NCBI GenBank assembly: GCA_964234715.1
Contig: OZ174275.1
Length of the DNA: 64,000 nt
Strand: one strand, 5' to 3'
From: Podarcis melisellensis
Lineage: Eukaryota
In this document: positions 47,001 through 58,803 of the stretch, piece after piece
How positions within the stretch are numbered: the first letter of the stretch is position 1
How the letters are laid out: the number at the start of each line of letters is the position of its first letter
Made by a program: the position numbers and the translations under genes
The notes under the pieces: model-generated
What the model was told of the DNA's origin: nothing
The model's input: only the letters and a program-made list of their open reading frames with translations
The model's database searches: none

Positions 47001-50000
47001 TTAGAGTGCTTTGCTGCCTGCTTACAAGAGGTTGTTTGCTTCCACTATGCTGTGCTGGTATGTTCTCTGACCCAAAGGAAACTGAATCAGGGAGGGCTGC
47101 CTCTGACTTTCTGACTGCTTGGCAATATGGGGCAAATCATTAACATCTTAGTGTATGTTGGGGAGGAGTCAGAGGAGTCAGGGGCCCGTCAATGCACATT
47201 CCTAATGTCTTGCCTGCTGGCTGCCTCCATCCCCAGTTTCTCACCAGCCTCTCGGATGAGCTTGCGGGCCTTGGATTCAGCAAAGGAGGACATCTCATAA
47301 GACTTGTAGTGGCTGCGGGAGTGCTGGAAGCTGTGAAAGGGCACGCTCTTGCAGTAGACAATGCAGTCAGAAAGCTCCTGGGAGAGGGACTGTTTGGCCT
47401 TCTGCAAAGAACGTGAGACCAACTTGTAAATGATGACCATGTGTACTGCAGACACGGGAGTAAGATTGAGTCCCACACCTGCTAAAAATAGAATCAAAAT
47501 ATCAGGCTTTGTGGGGGGAAGGCTCCTTTTGCCTTTAACTGGTGAGGGGCAGGTAGAGTTTTGGCCCCGGGAACTTTACCTGTCTTTTGTTAGGAGGAGT
47601 CATACCTCAGCAGGGAGCCTATGGGCTTTGCATCCCTGGCATTTCCAATTTTTAAAAAGACTAATTTAAAACCCTGCCTGGGAGCTTGGAGAGAGCTGCT
47701 AGTCAGAGAACCCAACCGACCAGTGGTTTGACTCACATACAAAGGCAGCTTCACATATTCCTGCAATAGGAGAAGAGCCCCCTTTTGCTCCTGAGAAAGA
47801 GCCACCAACTCCAAATGATTCAAAGGCTGTAGTGCAGTGTAAGAAAGTTTGCTTTCTCTCCACATCAGGGTTTCCGGGTTTCCCAGTAGAATCAATGTAG
47901 CTCACGTTCTATCAAAAACTAACCTATATGTGTGTATTGTCATCAGTCACTCCTGCTTTTGAGGGCAGGTACCTCCCACCTGTCGGTATCTGGCAGGTGA
48001 GGTTCAAGTGCATATTGCTCTACCACACTAGTGCAACAATTTTTTAAAGCAAACAAACCCCAGACTTTTAGCAGTTGGGGAAATGATGGGGAAATGCATT
48101 GAAATTGAGGGATGAGCAAACGATTAATGGGAAGATGTATCAACACTTGGCTGGTAAATTGTTGCATAATCTCCCCACAAAGACATTATAATGAATGCTC
48201 ATAAAGACCTTCTCTTTCTTCTTGTCTTCATTGCGCAGGACTTCTTCCTCTGCCTCTGGTCCCTCTTCCTCCTCCTCCTCCTCTTCCCGCTCAGGCGGCT
48301 CATCCAGATGCCCATTCAAATAATCCTCCAGGTGTCCAATCTTCTTCCCTTTCAGGATGATCTTGCCCTTCAGTTCCTGCATGAGGACACAGGGTGGGTC
48401 ATATCAGGGCAGACATGGTGGTGCTTTGAGTTCAGGCAATGGGGAAGGGCCTCTAGCAACACCAGCTCAGCCAGGCTGTCCTGTAAAACTCTGCCTTGCT
48501 CCACAAGTATGACAGCCTCTTAAATATGCTCACAGCAAACATCCTGCTCAATTAAAGGTCCCCCGATGTCCTTTTACTCAATCTTTCACCATGATTTTAA
48601 CAAAGTGTCCCCAATACTTCTCCCTCCAGTACCTCTGCTCCTCCAGTGCAACTGCTCCTTTCTGCCTCTAATATTGTTCTTGAAGTTCCCCTTAGTGGTT
48701 CTGACAAAAAATGCTTTAATTCCCACAATAGCTACTTTGGAACCCCCTCCAGTCCCTTCATCTGCCTTAACCTTCACCCCTCACCTCTGGCTCCTCCCCT
48801 TCCTATGGCCACCATTTTAATACTTCAGACTAATACGTAAAAGAATTTGGGTCACCTGAGTGTTAACATAACAGTCCTAGGATTGCAATCAAGCTCTGTA
48901 AGCCCAGGTTAAGGAAAGACAATTGACAACACCATGTCCCCACCTCTGGTGAAGGCAACTGCACTGGGACACGTCCATCTATGGTGGTGGTGAGAAGCTG
49001 CTCTCCCAGAATCCCCTTCAGCTGTTGGGCCATGATGTCCTGCTGCTCTATGCTGCAGTGGTTCTCAAGAGACAGGATGATGGGGTATTTAGAAGCCTGG
49101 GAGAAGGGAGACATAAGAAGTTAGAGGCAGTAATAGCCCTAAAGTGTGGAAGGTTGAAGGTTGAGTCTGGTGACATAAAGAGGGGAATGGAGCTGTTTGA
49201 GGGATAACGAGCCACCTTAAACTCAGGATTCCTAGAGACCAGACAAGTAGGATAGAGGGAAATGAAGCCACTGCTGAGATGTGGAACCACAGCCATTGGA
49301 AACAACAAGAAGGAAAGATGGTGTGCCCTATTTAAATCTAAAAAAGGGAGGGGTTTGGGGACAACTGGAACTAAAATTAGGCTCTCACAACTTTGATGTT
49401 CCGTCTGGAGGATGGAAGAATTTAATCAAAAGCAACACCTTGAATTTGGCTGGATAACCAATCAGCAGCCTTCACAATTCCACCCTACTGACCCCATCCC
49501 TTGTGGCAGAAAAGTCCAACCTACCCGGAAGGCATATTTATCGAGGGTTGTCACAACTTCCCGGAAGGGGATCTTAGAGGTGAAGGTATGGCCGTGGTAG
49601 ACAATGGGCTCCCCATTAGGTCCGTCCCAACAGTCTACCTCTAGGCACCGGCAGCCCCGCTTCAGAGCCCTGCAGAGGAAAAGGAGGCAATTCACGAGCC
49701 CTTCCTAGCCTCTCGGTTTGTGAGCAGCACCCTTTGCTGCTAGCTTGAAACATGGGGGTGGGGGAATCACTTTTTACAATGCCAAATCCTTTGAGGCAAA
49801 AAGGCTCTCAGGTCATACTTTGCCTGTGATTGCCTGAAACCAGCAATGGTTGCACCAGGCATTTCCCCACTTTGGGGGCATTCAAGCTCAGTGCTTGAAT
49901 ATTAAACTGGAGGGGGTGAAGACTGAGGTAATATAAAAGGAGAGGTTTGAGTGGGTCCCTGAGATACAGGGTGAGATCCCAGCTTCCTTCCACCTTCATC

Positions 50001-53000
50001 ACTGAAATGACAGGTGCACACACCAGCAAATCAAAGAATATCAAATGCTGGGTCACCTACTAGTTTTCCCTTCTCACCAGGGTTCAGCTGGGGTAGTGTT
50101 TGTTTTTTTAAGTGCTGCATGAATTTTCATGCATTTTATCCTTTTATTAATCACCTTATTATTTCAAAATGGGGACTTCTGAAACACAAAACTGCTCCAG
50201 GGATTGAAGGGTCTTGGCAACATTACAGCAATGGGTGCAGAAGCCAGTCAGCACTATATTCTACTTGAAACTTGTGGAACCATTTTTCAGAGGAAATAAT
50301 AAGTAGCATTTCCAGCTCAGCCCCTCCACTCTGTACACATTACATCCGTCTTCACTCTAATATTGTGGATAACATGAAAATGTGGGTGCCTTTTTGTGAG
50401 CCCATAATTCACACTTTTCAAAACAATACACAAACTGAAACATAGTACTTCTTTGAAATTCACATATCTCTGAATTTTGCAGTGCAGTTCTCCAACCATG
50501 TAATGTGTACAAAAATGTAAAGTAAGCATAAAAACGCATATGTTCATGAAAATAGCACACCAAGATGCATTATAGTAAGGAAAGTTGCTTTGCAAAAAGT
50601 TAGATTAGGCAAAATTGTATACAAAATGTATATTGGAAGAAATCATCACTAAAATGCTGATAGATTTTCATGAAGACACTTAAAAAACAAACAAATGCAA
50701 ACTGATGTGGAAATATGATATGGAACTGAACTTTAAAAAGAGGAATTGGGAGAAATTGACAGATCTATGCATGAGGTCCACCAGTGTGTGAAGCAATTCC
50801 AGTCAATGTTTTATAAAAAGCTGAGGAGATCTGGGGCCTAGGCCTTGAGATGCAGATTTCTGGTAGGCTTTTCATGTATTTGAGTTTGCTTAACATCTAT
50901 TTGAGTTTGCTCTATATCAAGTGGTTTGGTCACCAAGCTTTGTGTAAAGAGCACATCTTACAGAAGTCATAATTGTGAAAGGTATCTTGTGAGTGGCTTT
51001 GTTATGGAAGTGAGTCAACTGCCTTTCGATTGCGATCACCTGATATATCCCTCCACGCTGCTTTGTCCTCTCAGCTGGTCCTCCATCAGGTATGTGTTGT
51101 GGGAGGAGGAGATAAAGTAATGGCAGAGGGGCTGAGACATATCCTGAAAGACCGTCCTGTGCTCAGGGTTGAAAATGGAGCCATCGGGTGAGCAGAGATA
51201 CATGAGGAACCCATCAATGCTCAGAATGTGGCGAGCCTTGGCTGTGGGAAGAGAGAGCCAGTTGGAGAACAATACTGAGGAGGAATTAGCCTCTGAAAAA
51301 AACAAAAGACACTGAACTGGACAAAGCCCGTGAAAGGGGAGCCTTTGGAGTGCTGGGGGAAAGCATCAGTTTCTATGGCAATAGGTGTCATGAAACTGAT
51401 TCAGGTGGTGATAAGTGCTTTGTGGAGATCTAGTGGGACAAGAGAGACACACAGATACCCTCTCCCCCTCAATGCCTGGGAGCTCCTATTCTGAGAGAGG
51501 ATTTGGCACTATTCGAGGGCCAACCTGTGCTGGCACTTGTCCAGGTTGTGGGCCCGCCAGCTCTCCCCCCTCCTCCACCCCCACCCCGCCAACCTGTCTC
51601 AGACGGCTCATATCTGTCAATCATCTCCATGGCGAGCTCATCAATGCCAGCCCCCTCCATCTGATCCTGTTGCAAGAAGTCCACAAACTCCAACAGTGTC
51701 AGCTTTTTGCCATCCTCGGAGTACTCCTGGAACAACTCGAGCACCTCGTCCCGCTGAGTCAGTGCTTTGTAGAAGAGCACAAACTCCTCCCCCTCCAGTG
51801 TACCTGTCTCTGATTTGTCGGCCATCTGCAAGGAATGGAAGGGTCTCTGACCAAGGGGGTCCTTTGTGCAGAAAGGAGAACATTGCAGTAAAAGCAATGG
51901 GGTGAGGCAGAGCCAGCCAGTATGAGGCCGTCTAGATGGCTTGGACTACAACTCCAACCTGTCAGCTTGGCCAGTGGTTGAAGGATGGTGATGGGAGTTT
52001 GTAGTCTGAACATCTGGAGGATACCACATTGGCTACACAGAGCATACAGGATCAGAGGTTTACTCATGAGGATTCTTGAGATACACCGCTGCTGCTGCTG
52101 CTGCTGCTGCTACAGCACTAAATGTGCCCTAGCTGATGCACAGTACATCATAGCCATGTGGTCCTTGCCCAAGGAGCTTTAAACTACCATAAAATGACTA
52201 GATGGAGGCAGGAGTAATAAAGGGTCAGGGATTAAATGAAGAGTGTGGGTAGGATGGGGGGCAGCTTCTGGATCTGGGATGATCCACCACTGCTCTTGCC
52301 AGTGTCTATTGTCAGCCCCCACTGGGATCAACATGATAGAGATACTTGAGGATGCCATAAGATGTCTCTGCAGGTGACCTGCAGTGATTTCTGTACTATA
52401 TCACTGAATTTGACTAGACAACAGACAACACACAGAGATGGGCAAGGAGCCACAGCCAGGTGGATGATGCTTTGACGGAGAGATATAATGACACTGGACA
52501 ACAGAATAGCCAGGTGGGGGGCACAGTGTGTAAGCAAAGAAAAACAGAAGTGAATATATGTGCACTAGAGTGTATCATGGGTGGAAATGAGGTGCTGTAG
52601 TCTTTTGAAGAGCAAGCTCAGGGATTTCCCTATGCAACCCAGTACCGTATCTTCCCCACCAAAGCACCCAAATTTACTTGGAAGAGCCGGAAGGCATGGT
52701 CTTCATTCATAGCCACGTTCATCATCCTGAGCAAATGCTGCACCTCCTTGAAATTCATACGTCCATCCTTGTCCTTATCAGCTTTCATGAACCAGTCACA
52801 GATCCATGTGCAGCCCAAGACATGGGTCAAGGAAAACAGTCTCATAGTGGCCGAGCAAAGCTAAGTCTTCAAAACTAGCCATAGCGCAAAAGAACACTCT
52901 AGTGTTGCTCAGCCAAGATGCTTCAAGAAACGTGTGTGTGGACTCCTCATCAGCCTAATCCCTAGAATTTGGCAACTATTAACAGTTGTATCTTGTTTAA

Positions 53001-56000
53001 TTTTCATAAGACTAAGCCCTTCATTCAAAATGTTACCTATTTATTGGCCAATTCATTTATGTATTATTCTCCATTTAAAATCACAAAGTAGTTCACAGCA
53101 GAAATCAATAAAATACTACAACTTGCACCACCTTCCCCCCCCATACATTCTATTCAGAATCTGTTATTTGCAGTTTTGCATGACTTCAAGTATGAATCAT
53201 GGGTCGTATCTCCAGCATAGGAGAACAAATACAAAGTTGAGCGCTTGAGGTTAGCTTTTACAGGCATGGAAATGGACAGTCAATAATTCAACATAAGGAT
53301 ATTGATCCATCTTCTCCTTCTGGTCCATGTTAGTGACAATCTCCACAAGGCGCCGCAGGCCTTGGATCCAGCACTGAGCTTCCTCCGCTGAGCTGGCAAT
53401 TAGGTCTAGATTGTTACGGCGTCCATGGAAGACGACCGTGAAGCAGCAATCGGCTGGGAACTCCTCCGCTAGACTTTGCAGGACCTCTGACTGGTGTCCC
53501 TCACGCACAGTCTCCACATCACTCACTGAGACTTGGGAGAGAGGGATAACAGCCAAGAAACATCAGCCTTCATGCAAAGATTAGAGCTTAAGGTACAAAT
53601 TTAGACCGTTGCTTCTTAGGTTGGGCCCCACACGAAACAGCATCGGCATAATTACCTAGCATTTATCTATTCACATATTCAGCTTCTTTAATCTGTCTGT
53701 CTATTCACCCAACTCTTTACTAGAGGTTCTATCCAAAGCAGCACTACATGAAGATGCCATCAGCACAAGGATTTCAGCTTGTGCAGTGGAACCCTCTCCA
53801 CTTCTTCTCCCCCTGTGCATGCTCCCTAAATACGTTCTAGGGGTTTCCCCCAACCCTCTGGAACTTATTTTGTGGGGTGCAGGACCCACATTGGGGGAGC
53901 AATGGGGTGTGTCCTGATGCACAAGTGGAAATCCTAGCACTGATGAGATGCGGTAATGGGCTTAACCATCCAGGGGTCCTTTATCTTTACCTTTACCTTA
54001 GTTGAACAACCCCGTAAGAGCATAGAAATCTGCCTTATACTGAGTCAGATCATTGATCCATTTAGGCCTGTATTGCCTATATTGGCTCGCCAGGATTTCA
54101 GACGGAGTCTTTCCCAGTCCAGTTTAGAGATGCTGGGGATTGACCCTAGGATTTTCTGTGTCAAAGGCAGATTTTTCTGAACTACAAGCCCTTCCTATCC
54201 TGTCCTGAGCTACTGTGCTGTCACAGAGTTTTGACCTCCGCAGATCACAGGGGAAGAGATGGAAAAAGCATTTTATTGGATCAATTAATGTTGGGACATA
54301 ATGTACATCCAGCATAAACTGATGGCGGAAGACATCTCAAAGGCAGTTGTGGGCAAGATAGTTTCACCCAGTGGACCATTAGCCTGGAGAAGTTCCAGCA
54401 GCAGGGTGAGCATTCACAGAATCTCCAAGAGAAAATTAAACATCTCTGTGGATGACAGAATGAAAACATCCAGTACTAGAACAGATTATGCAATAGACAG
54501 AGGGAAGATGCACAACTTCCAGCACTCAAGATGAATCCAAATAAAGTATATTCTCTTCCAGCCAAACATATTTTAGTGACCAAGGTGGCAAATCTAAATT
54601 GCACCACATGCATAAAAACTTAAATTAAATTAGCTGGCAATTTGATGTTCAATACCTGCTGCCTGAGGTCATCACCTCACTTATCTTTGTGACAGGATCA
54701 GTCCCGCTTCAAGTGTCACCATATATGAAAGTCAGGCTCAGTACACCATGCCCAGTGCTCTTTTAATTTTTAGATAGGCACATCTAAAATGCCCCTTGCA
54801 AGACATTCAGAACATAACATGCACATATGCAGGTGCACACAAACATTTCCCTTTGTAGTACACATTGTGATGATCTGTTGCTGGATATCAGATGATGACA
54901 GGGATTTGCAAGTAAGTATTGGCAACAGCTGGATGGAGAAGAAGTGTGTGTACTTTTGTGTGTGTGTGTGTGTGCACGCGCGCGCACGCGCACACACACA
55001 CACACGAAAGAAAGAGAAGTCATATTAGATGTCAGACATGACTTGCAGTTTTAATAAGTACATAAGCAGCAGTATGTTGAACCAAAGGTAAAATGTTCTG
55101 GAAGGCATGCAAACACCATCTTGGTAGTTGAGATAACCCTAAACTAATTGGTAGTTGTTGCAAGAATGAGCTCATGTGTGTTTACATCCACTTGCTCTGA
55201 TGTATACTAAGTGGCTTGCGTTGATGCTATGCTTATCTGTGAACCTTGGGACGCTGGGCTCTAGCCCCTGAGAGGGGAGAAGCCTTGGATAGCTGCCACC
55301 CATGGCCTCACTGGCCAGGTGTGATGGGAGCTTCTGGGTAAACTGATGTATTTTGTTTTCTACATAAAGGATGTCTACATGTTTGCTTGGGTGCGGACAA
55401 GCCATCGCCTTGCTGCAGTGTCCATCCTGCAACTGTAAAGGCTGGGAGACCTGGCAGGCTGATTTGCTGTAAGTCTACACCTTCTTTTAATAAAGCACTA
55501 GAATTGATTACTCTGGCATTTTTTGACATCCTTCTTTGCTATCCCTGCAACCAACCACTCCCACAAGCTTTTCTTTTGGCTGGTGGATCAGGACAAGCAG
55601 TTCTCGCCAAGAGATTGAAGGTGGGCCTGAGGGTCAGATCCAATTGTATTGTTCCCAGAACATCCTGTTGGCACCCCATGACATCAAGAATCAGAGCTTT
55701 TACACCCCAGTCTGAAATTCAATCTAAATTTGCATCTAAATTAGCATTTATGTTATGGGCCTGTTCCCTGAATCTCTTAAATACCTAGCGGTACTCCTGT
55801 TCCCTGGTGGAAGTCTGCTGCAACCCAGCACTTTTTAAAAATCAAGCTAAGTAGTCTTTTGGCTTGGAATTGTGTGATTTTTGCATTCTGATCTCTTCCA
55901 ATGACTGGTGTTGCCAGACTGTCATTAAACAGTTTCATGTGGGGTCTTCTGCAATCTGGACATGCTCCAACCCTTAAGAAATGATCCCCACATTGTGCTA

Positions 56001-57466
56001 TATGCTTGCCTGAAAGTGCAAACTCAAAGACAAGGTGACATGGAAACCAGCCTGGCTAACCACCATTCAGAGCAGGGAGTGGAACTCACAGGCAGACTTG
56101 GCTTTGCCAGACATCTTGGATTTGTACCAGACGGTCATGCAGTCATCCTGCAGCATGAAGAACCGGGGTTTCTTCCAGTTCTTGGACTTCACCTTGCGCA
56201 TCATTGTCCCCTGTTGCATCTGCTCCAGGTTCTCATCCAGCTGAAGGCCTGAGCAGGAGATTGAGGGGACTGCATTTCACATCAGAGAGTGAGTGAGAGC
56301 CACTGCCCACCCAGGATGGGGAACACAAGGAATATTTGTTTGTGTTTAAGTGTACAGATAAGGAACAGAAACTGACCCTATAGAGATGGAATTCAAGATA
56401 GAAAGACCCAGCTTCTGGAGGAAACATTATGCTCTGAAGGAAACAGCCATTCCATAACCTCCTTCTAAGCAGCCTACCCCAACCTGGTTCCCTTTGGTTG
56501 TTGTTAGACTACAATTCCCATCATCCCTGTCCATTGGAGGTGGAGTCCAACAAGATCTAGAAGGCACCAGCTTGGGAAATGCTGCTGTAGGGCAAACATA
56601 TTGATTCTACATTCAGATCTCCTTTTTGCTTCCAGCAGCAGTAGTCACAACCTGCCAGGTCCCCTATATTTCTCCCTTGGACCTAGAGGGTGTGTGGGAT
56701 GTATTATTACTAGAGCAGTCAAGTACAACATTTTCCTTTTGTCTAGAATGGACACAATGAGGGATGTGGCTCCAGACAGGGAGGACTTCCTGTCATACCT
56801 GCTCTGGAGCTTCCTCCCCCTGTGTGTGACCAGGTAGATGGGCGTGAGTGACCCTAGCTGAGCAGATCAAAGGGCTGGTCATGCAACCATCTCACTCTTA
56901 CGCTCTTACTCTTGCTGGCTCTTAGCCAGCACATGGCTCAACCCACATAGGATGGAGCCCACAAGCAGAAAGTCTAAGATGTAGCTCAGACTTCTTTTCA
57001 CTGTAACCACAGGACAAAGCCTGCCTTCAGATTACTGCTGTGAACTGAATGTGAGTAAAACTTTATTCTTACTTTTAATGAAGACTCTGTTGTGTTATTA
57101 TTATTTTAAAAGGGAAATAAAGGGGAAACTTACCAGGAACAATCCAGACTGAACAAGCCAGACTGGATTGCTTAATTAAAGAATTCTAACGAATCATCAA
57201 GGTATGTTGCTCTGCTGTTTACTCACTAGCGTGAGTGAGGAGGGATAATATCAAAACAATATATTCTCTCCTACCTTCCTTAGCATTCCCACAGGGAGAG
57301 GATGAGCAAGTGAGCAAGCACCACTGATGGCTGCAAGGGCTGTCACTGGGGGAAGATCTGCAGATGGCATCTTGCCGAAGGCCACCCAAAACCTGGAGGT
57401 AGCAATCTAGAGGTTCCCTGGAGACTCAGGAGAATACTCACGGACGCTGTAGAGAACTGAAGTCAT
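41009..57466 (-). CDS. PLCD4: Phospholipase C delta-4, 761 aa. Exons 57466-57442, 56248-56090, 53531-53303, 52807-52678, 51825-51594, 51241-51040, 49669-49525, 49096-48944, 48376-48209, 47401-47245, 46739-46623, 45130-44952, 44153-44018, 42817-42668, 41112-41009
   Basis: PH domain ([11 protein letters not shown]), EF hands ([24 protein letters not shown]), X box ([33 protein letters not shown]), Y box ([23 protein letters not shown]) and C2 ([16 protein letters not shown]). Exons sum to 2286 nt in frame. Synteny with ZNF142 agrees. Confidence 0.96.
41454..41568. mobile_element. Short hAT-like MITE
   Basis: Imperfect TIRs atgggcgtagc...gctacacccat with an internal G/C-run hairpin. Confidence 0.55.
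44336..44585. mobile_element. Tigger/pogo-like MITE
   Basis: TA-cagtggtacctcgg...ctgaggtaccact(t)-TA, the same TIR type as 7111-7351. Confidence 0.82.
45326..45494. mobile_element. hAT MITE with 8-bp TSD and internal CCCTAA-containing tandem repeats
   Basis: TIRs cagtggcgtagcgtgg/ccacgccacgccactg. TSD catatcat at 45318-45325 and 45495-45502. Confidence 0.92.
46150..46392 (-). mobile_element. Degenerate CR1 3' fragment
   Basis: tagccatcaatagccttatcc...tttgtctaatctccctttcaaaagccatc is the reverse complement of the same CR1 end seen at ~22840-22890. Ends approximate. Confidence 0.55.
52089..52110. repeat. (CTG)7 microsatellite
   Basis: Intronic CTG run in PLCD4. Confidence 0.9.
52808..53302 (-). 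other. U12-type (minor spliceosome) AT-AC intron in PLCD4
   Basis: 5' splice site ATATCCTT, branch site TTCCTTGAC (52834-52826), 3' splice site AC. Joins CA|A to give ...MDQ-WIC... in frame. Confidence 0.93.
54957..55005. repeat. Compound (TG)n-(CG)n-(CA)n microsatellite
   Basis: tgtgtg...gcacgcgcgcgcacgcgcacacacaca. Confidence 0.9.
56470..56584. mobile_element. Degenerate hAT-type MITE (ACTACAATTCCCA family)
   Basis: cagcctaccccaacctgg...gactacaattcccatcatccc...ccagcttgggaaatgctg. Confidence 0.6.
56693..57293. mobile_element. Probable solo LTR (~600 bp)
   Basis: Termini TGTGGGA...TCCCACA (TG...CA, 7-bp inverted), flanks gggtg/gggag (5-bp TSD with one mismatch), and internal AGTAAA/AATAAA signals. 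Confidence 0.6.
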
Positions 57467-58736
57467 GGTTCTTCTTCCCGTGGGTTGGCACAACAATCAC
57501 CTAGAACACAAGAGGGTCAATTGGTTTCAGAATTGCCATATCCTGTAATTTGACCTAGCACAGTATCTGATTTATTTTCTGATGTTTTGCATAAGCAATT
57601 CTAGTCCCACAATCATACAGAAGTGCCTTTTTATCCTTAATCGCCTTATCAGTCCTTTGATAGAAGTCACAAAAATATCTAAAGGTCAAGAAATTATATC
57701 TGGTAAACAAAAGGAGGGGTATTTGTTGCTGCTGCTAGGATTTATTTCCACAACCTCTTAGCATTACCATTAGCAGTGATAAAAATATATATTCTCTCTT
57801 CATAGCACTTCAGGAAAATATCAGAATAAGCACCCTCATTTTGACGCAGTTTTCTCTCAGACATGGAGCCGCTGCGTACTTATCTGTGTGGTTCCACATA
57901 TGTTTTCATACTTGCAATGATGTATCTTTTAGAAAATTTCCATTAAATTTCATGGTACATCCTGGTTGATCCGTCTTAATGCTCAATGTAATACAAAAAA
58001 ATCTGGGATAATGATTTCTTAGGTTTGTCCACTAAGACTTGTTCTAACTGGATCAGTGATCAAAGGTTTCTTTACTTTGCTAACCCATTAATACAAAAAG
58101 TGCCTGGTTTCAAAATACTGGGAGAGGGAGAGAGAGTGACAGGCCAAAGCACCAGCAGTGACCAACCAGATGCCTATATTGGAAGCCCACAAGCAGGAAC
58201 TTCCCCTCCACCCACCAAGTTTTTATTAGGACTGCAGCACACAAAGAGAGAAGGTTTAACCTTTTCCTCCACAGCTACAATTTGAATTAAAATAGCCCCC
58301 AACCACAGCAATTAGCTTTTTTGGGGGGTGGAATTTGTTTCACTGGGCAACTTCTGTCTGGATCTCAGCTGGGAAACAAAACCAGCTCTCTTTCAATGCA
58401 GAAAACCTTCCCAACCCTATCAGATAGAGATTTTTACTTGCCACTGGCCACTAGATGAATAGCCTGCTTTTAACATCTGTCGTTTTAAAAATGGGCAGCA
58501 CATTTACCTATTTAACCCCCTTCAAACTCCAAAGCAATGTAGAGAAGGAGAAGGCTATTCTTTTTACAAAGGCTTTCTTTTTTGCAAATTTCAAACAGGT
58601 GGCTATGCTAGTATGAGGGCAGCAAAATAAGAGTCTTGCGGCAGCTTTAAAACTAACACATCTATAATGGCATAAGCTCTTGTGGACCACAGTTTACTTC
58701 CATCACATGCATCCATGAAAGCTCATGCCATAACTC

Positions 58737-58737
58737 T

Positions 58738-58801
<64 letters not shown>

Positions 58802-58803
58802 TC
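58737..58803. repeat. (TTTC)n microsatellite
   Basis: About 16 tetranucleotide units. Confidence 0.95.
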
